Source of the DNA: Candidatus Omnitrophota bacterium
Lineage (GTDB): Bacteria; Omnitrophota; Gorgyraeia; Aquiviventales; Aquiviventaceae
Reading direction: 5' to 3'
DNA length: 63,024 nucleotides
NCBI GenBank assembly: GCA_023247275.1
Contig: JAHFGT010000003.1
Span: 1-63,024 of the forward strand
Position numbers and translations under genes: made by a program. How positions within the stretch are numbered: position 1 is the first letter of the stretch; each line of letters begins with the position of its first letter. The notes beneath the pieces are model-generated. The model did not search any database and was not told the origin of the DNA. It saw only the letters and a list, made by a program, of their open reading frames with translations. Shown piece after piece: positions 1 to 9,631 of the stretch.

Positions 1-354
1 TCGTTGGCGTTCCAACTGGAAAAACGGATCGCGTTCCGCCGGGCGATGAAACGCTCTATCCAGCAGGCCATGGAATCGAAAGATTGCCGCGGCATTAAGG
101 TCGTCTGCGACGGGCGCCTGGCCGGGTCAGAGATGACGCGGCGGGAGGTCTACCGTGCCGGCAAGGTACCGCTCGGTACGCTCCGGGCCCATATCCAGTT
201 TGGCACCGGCACCGCCCACACCACGGCCGGGTGTATTGGCACGAAAGTGTGGGTCTGTCGAGGTGAACTGTTGCCGCTTGAAAAACCGGTCACGCCACCG
301 AAGCAAAAGATCCGCGTCGCGCCACAAACGCCCACGGTCGCCGAGACCTCATAG
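1..354 (+). CDS. rpsC: 30S ribosomal protein S3, C-terminal part (5' end outside window)
   Basis: Frame open from window edge. Contains ..[35 protein letters not shown].., typical of the S3 C-terminal domain. Followed by rplP as in the S10 operon. Confidence 0.9.
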   Translation, partial: SLAFQLEKRIAFRRAMKRSIQQAMESKDCRGIKVVCDGRLAGSEMTRREVYRAGKVPLGTLRAHIQFGTGTAHTTAGCIGTKVWVCRGELLPLEKPVTPPKQKIRVAPQTPTVAETS

Positions 355-369
355 CGCGGAGTCACTCAC

Positions 370-798
370 ATGCCCTTGTTATTTCCTAAGCGGATCAAGT
401 ATCGAAAAGCGTTTCGCGGTAAACGACGCGGAGCGGCCAAAGGCGGCACACGACTGGCGTTTGGACAATTCGGGCTCAAGGTGTTAGAAAACGGCTGGCT
501 CACCGCCGCACAGCTCGAGTCATGTCGCGTAGCGATTAGCCGGTCACTGAGCCGGGGCGGCAAGGCCTGGCTGCGGGTGTTCCCAGACAAACCGGTCACC
601 GTCCACGGCCAGGAAAAACCGATGGGGGCCGGCAAAGGGCTGGTTGACCACTGGGTGGCTGTGGTGAAGCGAGGGCGGGTGCTGTTCGAAATTGATGGGA
701 TCCCGGAGCTGGCGGCACGGGAAACGTTCCGGCTGGCGGCGTGTAAGCTGCCCCTGCGAACTCGCATGGTCACTCGTAAAGACGATTCAACGACGTGA
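370..798 (+). CDS. rplP: 50S ribosomal protein L16
   Basis: 142-aa ORF starting MPLLFPKRIKYRKAFRGKRRG; L16 signature and operon position. Confidence 0.95.
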   Translation: MPLLFPKRIKYRKAFRGKRRGAAKGGTRLAFGQFGLKVLENGWLTAAQLESCRVAISRSLSRGGKAWLRVFPDKPVTVHGQEKPMGAGKGLVDHWVAVVKRGRVLFEIDGIPELAARETFRLAACKLPLRTRMVTRKDDSTT

Positions 799-1031
799 GC
801 AACAGCATCATGGCTGACCGACTTCCAACAGCGACTGAACTTCGAGGACTGCCGGCGGCAGACCTGGCAACCCAACTGGACGCGCTGCGCCAGCAACTGT
901 GGCAGGCCCGTATCAAGATTCAGGAGGGCAGCCTTCAGCAAGGGCATCAGATCCGCCTGCTCCGCCGCCAGATGGCCCGTGTCTCGACGGTCCTACAGCA
1001 ACAGCGGAATCAGAAAGGAACCGGTTCATGA
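795..1031 (+). CDS. rpmC: 50S ribosomal protein L29
   Basis: GTG 795 overlaps the rplP stop (alternative ATG 810). Short helical protein located between L16 and S17. Confidence 0.88.
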   Translation: MSNSIMADRLPTATELRGLPAADLATQLDALRQQLWQARIKIQEGSLQQGHQIRLLRRQMARVSTVLQQQRNQKGTGS

Positions 1032-1378
1032 TGTCACAGGTGTTGCCGACCGCCCGAGCCACGCGAAAAGTCCGGGTGGGGGTTGTCGTCAGTAACAAGA
1101 TGCGGAAGACGATTGTGGTGCGAATCCAGCGGTTGGTTCGACATGCGAAATATGCGCGTGTCATTCACCAGACGAATAAGTTCAAGGCGCACGATGAGTC
1201 GAACACCGCGGCCATCGGTGATTGGGTGAGGATTATGGAAACCCGACCGCTGTCCAAGGACAAACGCTGGCGGCTGGTCGAAGTGATTCGTCGCGCATCC
1301 ACCGCGCCACCAGTGCCGGGCATTGAGTCTGAATCAGAACAGTCGGCCAGGCAGAAGAGCAAAGACTCGGCGTCATGA
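1028..1378 (+). CDS. rpsQ: 30S ribosomal protein S17 (with about 30-aa C-terminal tail)
   Basis: ATG 1028 overlaps the rpmC stop (ATGA). Contains [33 protein letters not shown], an S17 OB-fold sequence. Confidence 0.9.
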   Translation: MMSQVLPTARATRKVRVGVVVSNKMRKTIVVRIQRLVRHAKYARVIHQTNKFKAHDESNTAAIGDWVRIMETRPLSKDKRWRLVEVIRRASTAPPVPGIESESEQSARQKSKDSAS

Positions 1379-1518
1379 TCCTGCCACCTATGGTTCGTGT
1401 ACAAATGAACAGGTGTCCCAGTGAACAGGTCGTCGGCTGGCGCATCTCGACCACTCGTACGCCCGTACGCCCGTACGCCCGTTTCCGAATCGTCCGGGCA
1501 GCCGAGGTGGTGGAATGA
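1375..1518 (+). CDS. Hypothetical 47-codon ORF filling the rpsQ-rplN gap ([47 protein letters not shown])
   Basis: ATG 1375 overlaps the rpsQ TGA (ATGA). Its TGA at 1516-1518 overlaps the rplN ATG 1515 (ATGA). The frame is open across the whole 144 nt. There is no homology support. Confidence 0.3.
   Translation: MILPPMVRVQMNRCPSEQVVGWRISTTRTPVRPYARFRIVRAAEVVE
1375..1518 (+). repeat. ATGA-bounded inverted-repeat element, copy A (weaker arms); contains (GTACGCCC)x3 at 1457-1480
   Basis: 5' end is ATGATCCTGCCACCT and 3' end is GAGGTGGTGGAATGA. These are the same end motifs as copies at 32904 and 45506, and the arms are partly complementary. Confidence 0.55.
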
Positions 1519-1883
1519 TCGCCATGCGAACGCAGCTTGACGTCGCTGACAACACCGGCGTCAAGAAAGTGTGGGCGATTGGGGTGATTGGTCGCGGCAA
1601 TAAGCACACCGCGGCCATCGGAGACGTGATCACCGTCCATATTCGCGAAGCCGATCCAGATGCGCTGGCCAAGAAGGGCGAAGTGGTCCGATGCGTGGTC
1701 GTCCGCACCAGGGCACCGATCCGCCGGCTGGATGGGACCACGTTGAAGTTTGATTCGAACGCTGTCGTACTCATCGACCCGCAGAACAACCCACGCGGCA
1801 CCCGTGTCTTTGGGCCAGTCGCACGGGAACTACGCGAAAAGCGGTTCATGAAGATCATCTCGCTGGCCCCAGAAGTGGTCTAA
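1515..1883 (+). CDS. rplN: 50S ribosomal protein L14
   Basis: Starts [24 protein letters not shown].., an L14 signature. Confidence 0.95.
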   Translation: MIAMRTQLDVADNTGVKKVWAIGVIGRGNKHTAAIGDVITVHIREADPDALAKKGEVVRCVVVRTRAPIRRLDGTTLKFDSNAVVLIDPQNNPRGTRVFGPVARELREKRFMKIISLAPEVV

Positions 1884-1901
1884 CCAACGGTGTAGGAGCG
1901 A

Positions 1902-2225
1902 TTGAGCAAATCGATGGCACGCGTAAAGAAGGGCGATACGGTGATCGTGCGCACTGGCAAGGACCGCGGCAAGACCGGCAAGGTCCTCCAGGTGTGGCCT
2001 GAACGTGAGCGAGCGCTGGTCGAGCGATTGAATCTCCTCAAACATTTCGAGCGTCGCAGTCAGCAGAACCAGGCCGGCGGCGTGGTGGAGCGCGAAGGCT
2101 CCCTAGCCTTGTCGAAGCTGGCGCTGTACTGTCCACGATGTCGCAAAGGCGTCCGGATCGGCTGGCAGGTTGCCGGCGATGGAACCAAGCAGCGAATCTG
2201 CCGCGCGTGTCAGGCGGTCTTATAG
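1902..2225 (+). CDS. rplX: 50S ribosomal protein L24 (Cys4 zinc-ribbon type C-terminus)
   Basis: KOW motif KKGDTVIVRTGKDRGKTGKV. Start is TTG 1902 or ATG 1914. C-terminal CPRC..CRAC. Confidence 0.9.
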   Translation: MSKSMARVKKGDTVIVRTGKDRGKTGKVLQVWPERERALVERLNLLKHFERRSQQNQAGGVVEREGSLALSKLALYCPRCRKGVRIGWQVAGDGTKQRICRACQAVL

Positions 2226-2227
2226 AG

Positions 2228-2806
2228 ATGATGAGTAAAGCCACGACGGTCACCCCCCATCGGCTGCCCCGATTGTTGGAGCGGTATCGAACAACCATCG
2301 CCCCGTCGTTACTAAAGGAGTTCAAACGTTCCAATTCTATGGCTGTGGCCCGACTCCAGAAAATCGTCCTGAACATTGGCTGTGGCGAGGCCGCGCATGA
2401 GGCCAAGGTGCTCGAAGCCGCGCAGCGCGATTTGGCGCTGATTACTGGGCAACGACCGCTCGTGACCCGAGCTAAGAAGGCGATCTCCAACTTCAAAATC
2501 AAAGAACACGACCCGGTCGGCTGCAAAGTCACCTTACGACGTGCCCGAATGTACGAGTTCCTGGATCGACTGGTGAGCACCGCGTTGCCTCGGATCCGAG
2601 ACTTTCGAGGGTTGAGCCCGAAGGGATTCGACCAGGGGGGCAGTTACAGCTTTGGTATTCGAGAGTACACGATTTTCCCAGAAATCGAGCAGGACCGTGT
2701 CCACTATCCGCTGGGCATGGACATTACCCTGGTAACGACCGCGGACACACGTGAGGAAGCCCTGGCCCTCCTGAAAGGGTTCGGACTTCCGCTCGCAACG
2801 AAATAG
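2228..2806 (+). CDS. rplE: 50S ribosomal protein L5
   Basis: ATG 2228 lies inside the longer ORF 2138-2806. Contains ..[13 protein letters not shown].. and ..[14 protein letters not shown].. Confidence 0.95.
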   Translation: MMSKATTVTPHRLPRLLERYRTTIAPSLLKEFKRSNSMAVARLQKIVLNIGCGEAAHEAKVLEAAQRDLALITGQRPLVTRAKKAISNFKIKEHDPVGCKVTLRRARMYEFLDRLVSTALPRIRDFRGLSPKGFDQGGSYSFGIREYTIFPEIEQDRVHYPLGMDITLVTTADTREEALALLKGFGLPLATK

Positions 2807-2814
2807 GAGCCGTC

Positions 2815-3000
2815 ATGGCGAAACGATCGTGGCTCGAACGAGCCAAACGACCTCCAAAGTTTGCGACCCGCACAGTCAATCGGTGTCAGCGCTGTGGTCG
2901 CCGCCGCGCGTATTACCGCCGATTCGGCCTGTGCCGCATGTGCTTCCGAGAGATGGCCTGGCGAGCCGAGATCCCTGGCCTGACGAAAGCGAGTTGGTAA
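2815..3000 (+). CDS. rpsZ: 30S ribosomal protein S14, zinc-binding type Z
   Basis: 61 aa with [20 protein letters not shown] (CxxC..CxxC). Confidence 0.95.
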   Translation: MAKRSWLERAKRPPKFATRTVNRCQRCGRRRAYYRRFGLCRMCFREMAWRAEIPGLTKASW

Positions 3001-3004
3001 CCCC

Positions 3005-3403
3005 ATGGCTATAAGCGACCCGATTGCTGATGGACTGACGAAAATCCGGAACGCCTCGCTGGCTAAGCATCCAACCGTTGATGTCCGGCCCTCGCGTTTT
3101 TTGGTCCGAATCCTGGATGTCCTGAAACAAGAAGGGTTCATCCGCACCTATAAGGCTCTTGGCGAGACGCCGGCACAACGCGCGATTCGCGTGTACCTGA
3201 AATACGCCAAGCGAACACCGGCCATTACCCAGGTGATCCGGGTGTCCAATCCTGGCATGCGAAAGTATCGATCCGCCGCCACATTGCCCCGAGTGTTGGG
3301 AGGGCTAGGCGTTGCGGTCGTCTCAACGTCGAAAGGCGTGATGTCTGAGCGCGAAGCCTACCGGCAGCGGATTGGTGGGGAGGTTGTCTGTTATGTGTGG
3401 TAA
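3005..3403 (+). CDS. rpsH: 30S ribosomal protein S8
   Basis: Starts MAISDPIADGLTKIRNA, ends ..GGEVVCYVW; S8 signature. Confidence 0.95.
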   Translation: MAISDPIADGLTKIRNASLAKHPTVDVRPSRFLVRILDVLKQEGFIRTYKALGETPAQRAIRVYLKYAKRTPAITQVIRVSNPGMRKYRSAATLPRVLGGLGVAVVSTSKGVMSEREAYRQRIGGEVVCYVW

Positions 3404-3417
3404 CCCGGGTTGACCCC

Positions 3418-3981
3418 ATGTCACGCATTGGACGTCTTCCGGTCACAATCCCGTCTGCGGTAACCATTCGGCAGGACGGTGCTCGTCTGTTGGTTGAAGG
3501 ACCCAAGGGCAAGCTGTCCGTCACCGTCCCGGAGAGTCTTCGGGTGACGGTCAAGGACCAACGGATGCAGGTTGAGCCGACCGATACGCAGCTGCCGGTC
3601 AAGGCCATGCATGGCCTGTACCGAGCGCTCATCGCCAACATGGTCCGTGGAACGACAGAAGGGTTCTCTCGGGAACTTGAGATTGTTGGCGTCGGGTACC
3701 GAGCTCAGCTTCAAGGCCGGCAACTGACCCTCCATGTGGGCTTCTCGCATCCGGTGGTCGTGCCCATCCCCGAGGGACTCACGATCGACGTGCCAAAACC
3801 AACCACCGTGATCGTTCGTGGCGCTGACAAACAACAGGTCGGTCAATTTGCGGCGAACATCCGGCGGATTGCGCCCCCAGAACCGTACAAGGGCAAGGGG
3901 ATCAAATATCAAGGGGAGCAGATCCGTCGCAAAGCCGGGAAGGCGGCGACCGGGTCTGGCGCAAAGGCGGGTGGCGGATGA
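3418..3981 (+). CDS. rplF: 50S ribosomal protein L6
   Basis: ATG 3418 gives MSRIGRLPVTIP.. Also contains ..YKGKGIKYQGE.. Confidence 0.93.
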   Translation: MSRIGRLPVTIPSAVTIRQDGARLLVEGPKGKLSVTVPESLRVTVKDQRMQVEPTDTQLPVKAMHGLYRALIANMVRGTTEGFSRELEIVGVGYRAQLQGRQLTLHVGFSHPVVVPIPEGLTIDVPKPTTVIVRGADKQQVGQFAANIRRIAPPEPYKGKGIKYQGEQIRRKAGKAATGSGAKAGGG

Positions 3982-4340
3982 CCCTGGCGCTGTCGCGTGA
4001 AGTGGGTCGTCATCGTCGTCATCGACGGCTACGCAAGCACCTGGCGGGACTGCCTGAGCGGCCCAGGCTCTGCGTGTTCCGGAGCCACAAGCATCTCTAC
4101 GCACAATTGGTCGATGATGTCGCTGGTCGCACGGTGCGTGGCTGGTCGACCAAGGATGATCGACTGAAGCGCCAGGGTGGGGGGACCATCGAGGCAGCCA
4201 CCGCATTGGGCCAGCTCATCGCTGGAGATGTGTCCCAACAGGGCATGACCAAGATCGTGTTCGACCGCGGCGGCTATGTGTATCACGGGCGCGTAAAAGC
4301 GCTCGCGGAATCGATGCGCGCAGGAGGCCTGGAATTCTGA
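3978..4340 (+). CDS. rplR: 50S ribosomal protein L18
   Basis: ATGA overlap with rplF. Contains ..RLCVFRSHKHLYAQLVDD.. and ..FDRGGYVYHGRVKALA.. Confidence 0.93.
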   Translation: MTLALSREVGRHRRHRRLRKHLAGLPERPRLCVFRSHKHLYAQLVDDVAGRTVRGWSTKDDRLKRQGGGTIEAATALGQLIAGDVSQQGMTKIVFDRGGYVYHGRVKALAESMRAGGLEF

Positions 4341-4397
4341 CATGAGCACCGCTAGCAGCAACCCGATCGCCATGCCACATTATGTGAGGAGCCGCTA

Positions 4398-4922
4398 ATG
4401 GCGCGTGAGCAACGTTTTGGCGCTCGAGACAACCAGGGCGATGGCCCGCAGCTGATCGAGAAACTCATCAGCATTAATCGGGTCGCCAAGGTCCACAAGG
4501 GCGGCAAGCGATTGGCATTTAATGCACTCGCCGTGGTGGGTGACGGGCGCGGTCGGGTCGGCATGGCGCTCGGCAAATCGAACGAAGCGGCTGACGCTAT
4601 TCGCAAAGGATTCCTACAAGCCCAACGTAATATGGTGGCCATCGCCCTCCGGGGCACGACCATTCCGCATGAAATCGTCGGCAGCTCTGACGCGTCCAAA
4701 GTGCTGCTCAAGCCGGCGAGCCCAGGGACTGGGATCATCGCCGGTGGGCCGGTGCGAGCGGTCTGTGAAGCCTGCGGCATTCGCGACATCCTTACCAAGA
4801 GCCTGGGATCCTGCAATGCGGTGAATCTGGTGAAGGCCACGCTCCAAGGGCTCCAAGCGGTTGAAAGTGCTGACACGATCCGCGCACGTCGTCGGCTGGT
4901 TGTTGAGGTCACAGAAAACTAA
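4398..4922 (+). CDS. rpsE: 30S ribosomal protein S5
   Basis: Contains ..[30 protein letters not shown]..; S5 dsRBD signature. Confidence 0.95.
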   Translation: MAREQRFGARDNQGDGPQLIEKLISINRVAKVHKGGKRLAFNALAVVGDGRGRVGMALGKSNEAADAIRKGFLQAQRNMVAIALRGTTIPHEIVGSSDASKVLLKPASPGTGIIAGGPVRAVCEACGIRDILTKSLGSCNAVNLVKATLQGLQAVESADTIRARRRLVVEVTEN

Positions 4923-4923
4923 G

Positions 4924-5391
4924 ATGGATGTCACCACCATTCCTGCTGTTCCAGGCGCCCGCCACCGAAAGAAACGCCTCGGGCGAGGGGTTGGCTCTGG
5001 ACACGGCAAAACCGCCACGCGCGGGCAGAAGGGCCAGCGCGCACGGACCGGCGAAGGCAAACGTCCAGGATTTGAAGGCGGGAGGAACCCATTGATTCGT
5101 CGCCTGCCCAAGCGGGGATTTCGGCGTAAGGCTGGCTTACCGACCCGAGCCCAGGTGCTCAATGTCGAGGACCTGAACCGGTGCACGGACGGAGAGCGGG
5201 TCACGGCAGAACGGTTGCGCCAGCTCGGACTGATTCGTAACGAGCACACCCCGGTCAAACTCCTGGGTGATGGCTCCTTGGCCAAGCGTGTCACCGTGAT
5301 CGTTCACGCCGCGAGCGAGTCGGCCAAAGCTAAAGTGACGCAGGCTGGCGGCTCGATCGAATTGATCCGTATCGCACCAAAGACCGCCTAG
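4924..5391 (+). CDS. rplO: 50S ribosomal protein L15
   Basis: ATG 4924 lies 2 nt after the rpsE stop. Contains ..KKRLGRGVGSGHGKTATRGQKGQ.. There is no room for rpmD. Confidence 0.92.
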   Translation: MDVTTIPAVPGARHRKKRLGRGVGSGHGKTATRGQKGQRARTGEGKRPGFEGGRNPLIRRLPKRGFRRKAGLPTRAQVLNVEDLNRCTDGERVTAERLRQLGLIRNEHTPVKLLGDGSLAKRVTVIVHAASESAKAKVTQAGGSIELIRIAPKTA

Positions 5392-5432
5392 CGTGCGCAG
5401 CGCCGTAGCGCTTGCCCGCAACGGGTCGAGTC

Positions 5433-6791
5433 ATGTTTAGACTGCTCAGTGCGCTCAAGAACGCTTGGACCATTCCAGAGTTGCGCCGGCGACTGTTGTT
5501 TACGCTGGGCATTTTGGCGGTGTACGAACTTGGGTTGTTTATCCCAGTGCCAGGGATCGATGGCAAAGAACTGGGACGGATCTTTGACAGACTCTCTGAA
5601 ATGAGCAGCGGCGGCCTGCTGAATCTGCTCGATATGTTCACCGGTGGGGCGCTCTCAAAGGCGACCATTTTCGCCCTGGGAATCATGCCGTACATCACGG
5701 CCACCATCATCGTTGAGACCCTGTTGTCCAACGCGATCCCGGCCTTTGAGAAACTGCGCAAGGAAGGCATGAGCGGGTATCGCAAGCTGCATCAATATTC
5801 GCGCTATGCGACGGTCGCGCTGGCGGTTTTTAACTCCTTCATGTACGCCACGATGCTGGAAACGCGGATCCCAGAGGCGTTCAAGGTCCAGATCGTGCAA
5901 TCTCCCGGGCTCGGATTCAAGTTGGTCACCGTGCTCACGATGACCGGTGGGATGGCGCTCATCATGTGGCTGGCCGAGCAGATCACCGAGCGCGGCATTG
6001 GCAATGGGATGAGCTTGATTATGACCGCCTCGATTGTGGGGCGCATTCCGCTTGCCTTGCGGGATTTGATTGTGCATTTCGGAGCCGGCGGGCCCGGCCG
6101 CGGAAATCTGCAACCGATTATCTTGTTACTGCTGGGCGCGTTCTTCGTCTTCATCGTGTTCGCCGTGATCTTCGTCGAGCAAGGTCAGCGTCGCATCCCA
6201 GTGCAGTATGCGCGTCGAGTGGTCGGACGAAAGGTCTATACCGGACAAAGCACCTACTTGCCACTTCGTGTGAACAGCGGCGGGGTGTTGCCGATTATTT
6301 TCGCGGTGTCGCTGGTCACGTTCCCGATGCAGATTGCCGGGTTTGTTCCGCAACTGCGCGGTCTCTTGGATTGGTTTGGTCGAACATCCATTTTTTTTAA
6401 TGTGGCGTACGCCGTGTTGATTTTTCTCTTCACCTACTTTAGTACCGCGTTGACGGCGCAGGAATTTATCCGCGCGGCGGACGACATGAAAAAATATGGG
6501 GCGTTCATCCCAGGGATCAGGCCTGGTCAACCGACCGTGGATCATCTGTATCAGATCCTCATGCGGCTGACGTTCGTGGCCGCGGTGTATCTGATCGCCA
6601 TCGCGATCCTCCCAGATCTGCTGATGGCCAAAATGAAGATCCCGTTTAGCGTGGCCAGTTTCTTTGGAGGCACGAGCCTCTTGATTGTGGTCGGCGTCAC
6701 GCTGGACACCATGAAACAGATCGAGTCGCATCTGTTGATGCGCCACTACGAAGGCTTTTTCAAGTCCGGTCGGCTCAGGGCGCGCCGATGA
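5433..6791 (+). CDS. secY: Preprotein translocase subunit SecY
   Basis: ATG 5433 (the ORF extends upstream to TTG 5412). Ten-TM protein with ..IPVPGID.., ..GIMPYITA.. and ..ITERGIGNG.. Confidence 0.95.
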   Translation: MFRLLSALKNAWTIPELRRRLLFTLGILAVYELGLFIPVPGIDGKELGRIFDRLSEMSSGGLLNLLDMFTGGALSKATIFALGIMPYITATIIVETLLSNAIPAFEKLRKEGMSGYRKLHQYSRYATVALAVFNSFMYATMLETRIPEAFKVQIVQSPGLGFKLVTVLTMTGGMALIMWLAEQITERGIGNGMSLIMTASIVGRIPLALRDLIVHFGAGGPGRGNLQPIILLLLGAFFVFIVFAVIFVEQGQRRIPVQYARRVVGRKVYTGQSTYLPLRVNSGGVLPIIFAVSLVTFPMQIAGFVPQLRGLLDWFGRTSIFFNVAYAVLIFLFTYFSTALTAQEFIRAADDMKKYGAFIPGIRPGQPTVDHLYQILMRLTFVAAVYLIAIAILPDLLMAKMKIPFSVASFFGGTSLLIVVGVTLDTMKQIESHLLMRHYEGFFKSGRLRARR

Positions 6792-6814
6792 CCGGCGGGA
6801 CTTAAGGGGCGATT

Positions 6815-7465
6815 GTGCGTCTGGTGTTTCTAGGCCCTCCAGGGGCTGGCAAAGGTTCTTTGGCAGCGCTGTGCAGTCAACGACTCAAGGTCCAACATCT
6901 GTCCACCGGAGAGATGTTCCGGCACGAAATGGCGACCAAGACCTTGCTGGGTCGACGCGTCACACGGTATGTGGCCAACGGCCAACTTGTCCCGGATGCG
7001 CTGGTGGTTGAAGTGATGGCCAGCCGACTGCCGAAGCGAACCGGCTTCGTGCTGGACGGATTTCCTCGAACCCGCGCACAGGCCGAGGGCTTGGACGAGG
7101 TGCTGGCGCGGCGCCGGCTCCCCGTGGATGGGGCGGTGTACATCTCTTCGCCTGAATCGGTCTTGGTGCGCCGGCTGAGCGGTCGGCTGGTGTGCGCGCA
7201 GTGCGGAGCGAATTACCACATCCGCACCATGCGACCGAAACAGCCAGGCCGATGCGACCAGTGCCAGGGACGCTTGATCACGCGCAAGGATGACCAGCTG
7301 AAGACGATTCGTAAGCGGCTGGCGATCCACCGACGAGAAATGACGCCCTTGTTGCAGTATTATCGCCGCCGCGGACTCCTGAACTCGGTGGATGGTCGCG
7401 GGCGAATTGGAACGGTGTTTCTCCGCGCTATGGGGTTATTTCGTCGTCACGGTTGGGTCAGGTAA
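6815..7465 (+). CDS. adk: Adenylate kinase (Cys4 zinc lid)
   Basis: GTG start. P-loop GPPGAGKG. Lid motif CAQCGANYH..CDQCQGRL. Confidence 0.93.
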   Translation: MRLVFLGPPGAGKGSLAALCSQRLKVQHLSTGEMFRHEMATKTLLGRRVTRYVANGQLVPDALVVEVMASRLPKRTGFVLDGFPRTRAQAEGLDEVLARRRLPVDGAVYISSPESVLVRRLSGRLVCAQCGANYHIRTMRPKQPGRCDQCQGRLITRKDDQLKTIRKRLAIHRREMTPLLQYYRRRGLLNSVDGRGRIGTVFLRAMGLFRRHGWVR

Positions 7466-7499
7466 CGTTCGATGCGAGGCGGGCTGCGCAATCGAACAC

Positions 7500-8249
7500 A
7501 TGATCGAACTCAAAACACCCCAGGAACTCGAATGGATGCGCCAGGCTGGCCGAGTGGTCGCCGGTGTGCTGGACCGGGTCGCCACCATCGTCAAGCCAGG
7601 CATCACGACACAGCAGCTGGATGATGCGGCGGCAGCGTACATTCGCCGGCACGGGGCGCAACCGGCATTTCTGGGCTACCGGGGATTTCCGGCAACCATC
7701 TGCGTGTCGGTCAACGAAGAAGTCGTGCACGGAATCCCGGGCGCACGGCGCATTGGCCCGGGGGATCTGGTCAGCATTGACGCAGGCGCCGTTGTCAGCG
7801 GCTTTTATGCGGACGCCGCCGTCACCGTCATCGCAGGATCCGGTTCCCCGCAGACCAAGCGGCTCGTCGACATCACACGGCGGGCGCTTCAGGAAGGGAT
7901 TGCGCAGGTCGTAGTCGGTCGACGGCTGCATGACATCTCGTATGCGATCCAGCGGGTCATTGAGCAGGCCGGCTTTGGAATCGTCCGGGATTTTGTGGGA
8001 CATGGCATTGGTCGGGCGCTCCACGAGGATCCGCCGATCCCGAACTTTGGCACCCCACATACCGGTGATCGGCTGCGACCTGGGATGGTGTTCGCCATCG
8101 AACCCATGGTGACGATGGGTGGACACGAGGTGGACATCCTGCAAGATGGATGGACCGCGGTGACCAAGGACCGCTCGCTCGCAGCCCATTTCGAGCATAC
8201 CGTGGTGGTCACCGAAGATGCTCCAGAAATCTTGACGCGGGTGGGCTAG
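7500..8249 (+). CDS. map: Methionine aminopeptidase type I
   Basis: ATG 7500 gives [17 protein letters not shown].. Metal-ligand motifs ..[14 protein letters not shown].., ..VGHGIG.. and ..FAIEP.. are present. Confidence 0.93.
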   Translation: MIELKTPQELEWMRQAGRVVAGVLDRVATIVKPGITTQQLDDAAAAYIRRHGAQPAFLGYRGFPATICVSVNEEVVHGIPGARRIGPGDLVSIDAGAVVSGFYADAAVTVIAGSGSPQTKRLVDITRRALQEGIAQVVVGRRLHDISYAIQRVIEQAGFGIVRDFVGHGIGRALHEDPPIPNFGTPHTGDRLRPGMVFAIEPMVTMGGHEVDILQDGWTAVTKDRSLAAHFEHTVVVTEDAPEILTRVG

Positions 8250-8254
8250 GCGGC

Positions 8255-8473
8255 ATGGCGAAAGAAGACCTGATCGAAGTTGATGGCATCGTGCTCGAGG
8301 CCCTGCCGAACACGATGTTTCGCGTGGAGATTCAAGACGGCCATAAGGTCCTGGCCCATTTGGGTGGGAAACTCCGAAAGAACTATATTCGGATCCTGCC
8401 AGGCGACAAAGTCACGCTGGAGCTGTCGCCGTACGATTTGACCCGGGGCCGAATTACCTTTCGTGTCAGTTAG
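8255..8473 (+). CDS. infA: Translation initiation factor IF-1
   Basis: ATG 8255 gives [26 protein letters not shown].. Confidence 0.95.
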   Translation: MAKEDLIEVDGIVLEALPNTMFRVEIQDGHKVLAHLGGKLRKNYIRILPGDKVTLELSPYDLTRGRITFRVS

Positions 8474-8482
8474 GAGTCAACG

Positions 8483-8596
8483 ATGAAAGTTCGCGCATCC
8501 GTCAAACGGATTTGCAGCAAGTGCAAGATCATCAAGCGGCAGGGAATCGTGCGGGTGATCTGCTCGAATCCGAAGCATAAACAGCGGCAAGGCTAA
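8483..8596 (+). CDS. rpmJ: 50S ribosomal protein L36 (C3H zinc type)
   Basis: Not in the ORF track (37 aa): [45 protein letters not shown] lies upstream. Confidence 0.9.
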   Translation: MKVRASVKRICSKCKIIKRQGIVRVICSNPKHKQRQG

Positions 8597-8616
8597 CAGA
8601 ACGAGAGCGAGGTCCT

Positions 8617-9021
8617 ATGCCACGTATTGTGGGCGTTGAATTGCCGAAAGAAAAACCCATTGAGATCGCGCTAACCTATCTCTACGGCATCGGACGCCCG
8701 ATGGCCAGGAAAATTATGTCGGCCACGCAGATTGATCCGCACAAGCGCGCCAAGGCGCTGACCGATGAGGAAGTCGCCAAATTGACGCACGCGGTCCAAG
8801 CCACGTGCAAAGTCGAAGGGGATTTGCGCCGTGAAGTTGGCGCGAACATCCGGCGGCTGATCGAAATCGGCTGCTATCGCGGATTGCGACACAAGCGAGG
8901 ATTGCCGGTACGAGGGCAACGCACCCGCACCAACGCACGCAGCCGCAAAGGCCCACGGCCGCGGGTCGGGGTCCGTAAACGCGCACGGACCACATCAGCT
9001 CCGGTCCGGTCAGCCGCGTGA
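8617..9021 (+). CDS. rpsM: 30S ribosomal protein S13
   Basis: Starts [26 protein letters not shown].. Confidence 0.95.
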   Translation: MPRIVGVELPKEKPIEIALTYLYGIGRPMARKIMSATQIDPHKRAKALTDEEVAKLTHAVQATCKVEGDLRREVGANIRRLIEIGCYRGLRHKRGLPVRGQRTRTNARSRKGPRPRVGVRKRARTTSAPVRSAA

Positions 9022-9061
9022 TCCAAGACAAACGCCACGGTCATCAGGAGGATACGAGCGC

Positions 9062-9589
9062 ATGAGTGAAGGCAAGCAAGAGGCAACAGACCCGCGACCA
9101 GAATCGGCTGGGCCATCAGCCGGACAGCAGCCGGCAGCCGCTGCCTCAGCCAGTACCGGACCGGCAGCAGCCACAACCCAGGACCCATCCGGCAAGGAAC
9201 TACCCAAGGTCGCGCCGAAGACGCGGTCGAAAAAGAAGCTGCACACCACCCAAGGGATCGCGCATATCCTGGCGACGTTTAACAACACGATCATCACAAT
9301 TACGGATCGCAACGGCAGTACGGTGTGCTGGAGCACCTCTGGTGCCAGCGGTTATCATGGCTCACGGAAATCCACCCCATACGCGGCACAGGTTGCAGCC
9401 AGCAACGCAGCGAAGAAGGCGCTCGAAGCTGGCTTGAAGGAAGTGGAGGTGTTCGTGAAAGGACCTGGTCAGGGACGCGAGTCTGCTATCCGAGCCTTGT
9501 CGCAGGCCGGGCTCAGCATCACGGCCATCAAGGATGTCACACCCATTCCTCACAACGGCTGCCGTCCGCCGAAACGGCGCCGGGTCTGA
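9062..9589 (+). CDS. rpsK: 30S ribosomal protein S11 with about 45-aa low-complexity N-terminal extension
   Basis: Core ..[32 protein letters not shown].. is preceded by an Ala/Pro/Gln-rich segment. Confidence 0.93.
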   Translation: MSEGKQEATDPRPESAGPSAGQQPAAAASASTGPAAATTQDPSGKELPKVAPKTRSKKKLHTTQGIAHILATFNNTIITITDRNGSTVCWSTSGASGYHGSRKSTPYAAQVAASNAAKKALEAGLKEVEVFVKGPGQGRESAIRALSQAGLSITAIKDVTPIPHNGCRPPKRRRV

Positions 9590-9631
9590 TGATGGCGAAC
9601 TTATCGTTTACGGTTCACACAAGGATGTGAA

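Noticed and set aside
2120-2225. CxxC..CxxC zinc-ribbon-like C-terminus of L24 as a novelty.
   Set aside because: Thermus-type L24 proteins have the same Cys4 C-terminal segment. This is a known variant.
4922-4924. Absence of rpmD (L30) between rpsE and rplO as a notable gene loss.
   Set aside because: L30 is missing from this position in many bacterial lineages, so it is not unusual on its own.
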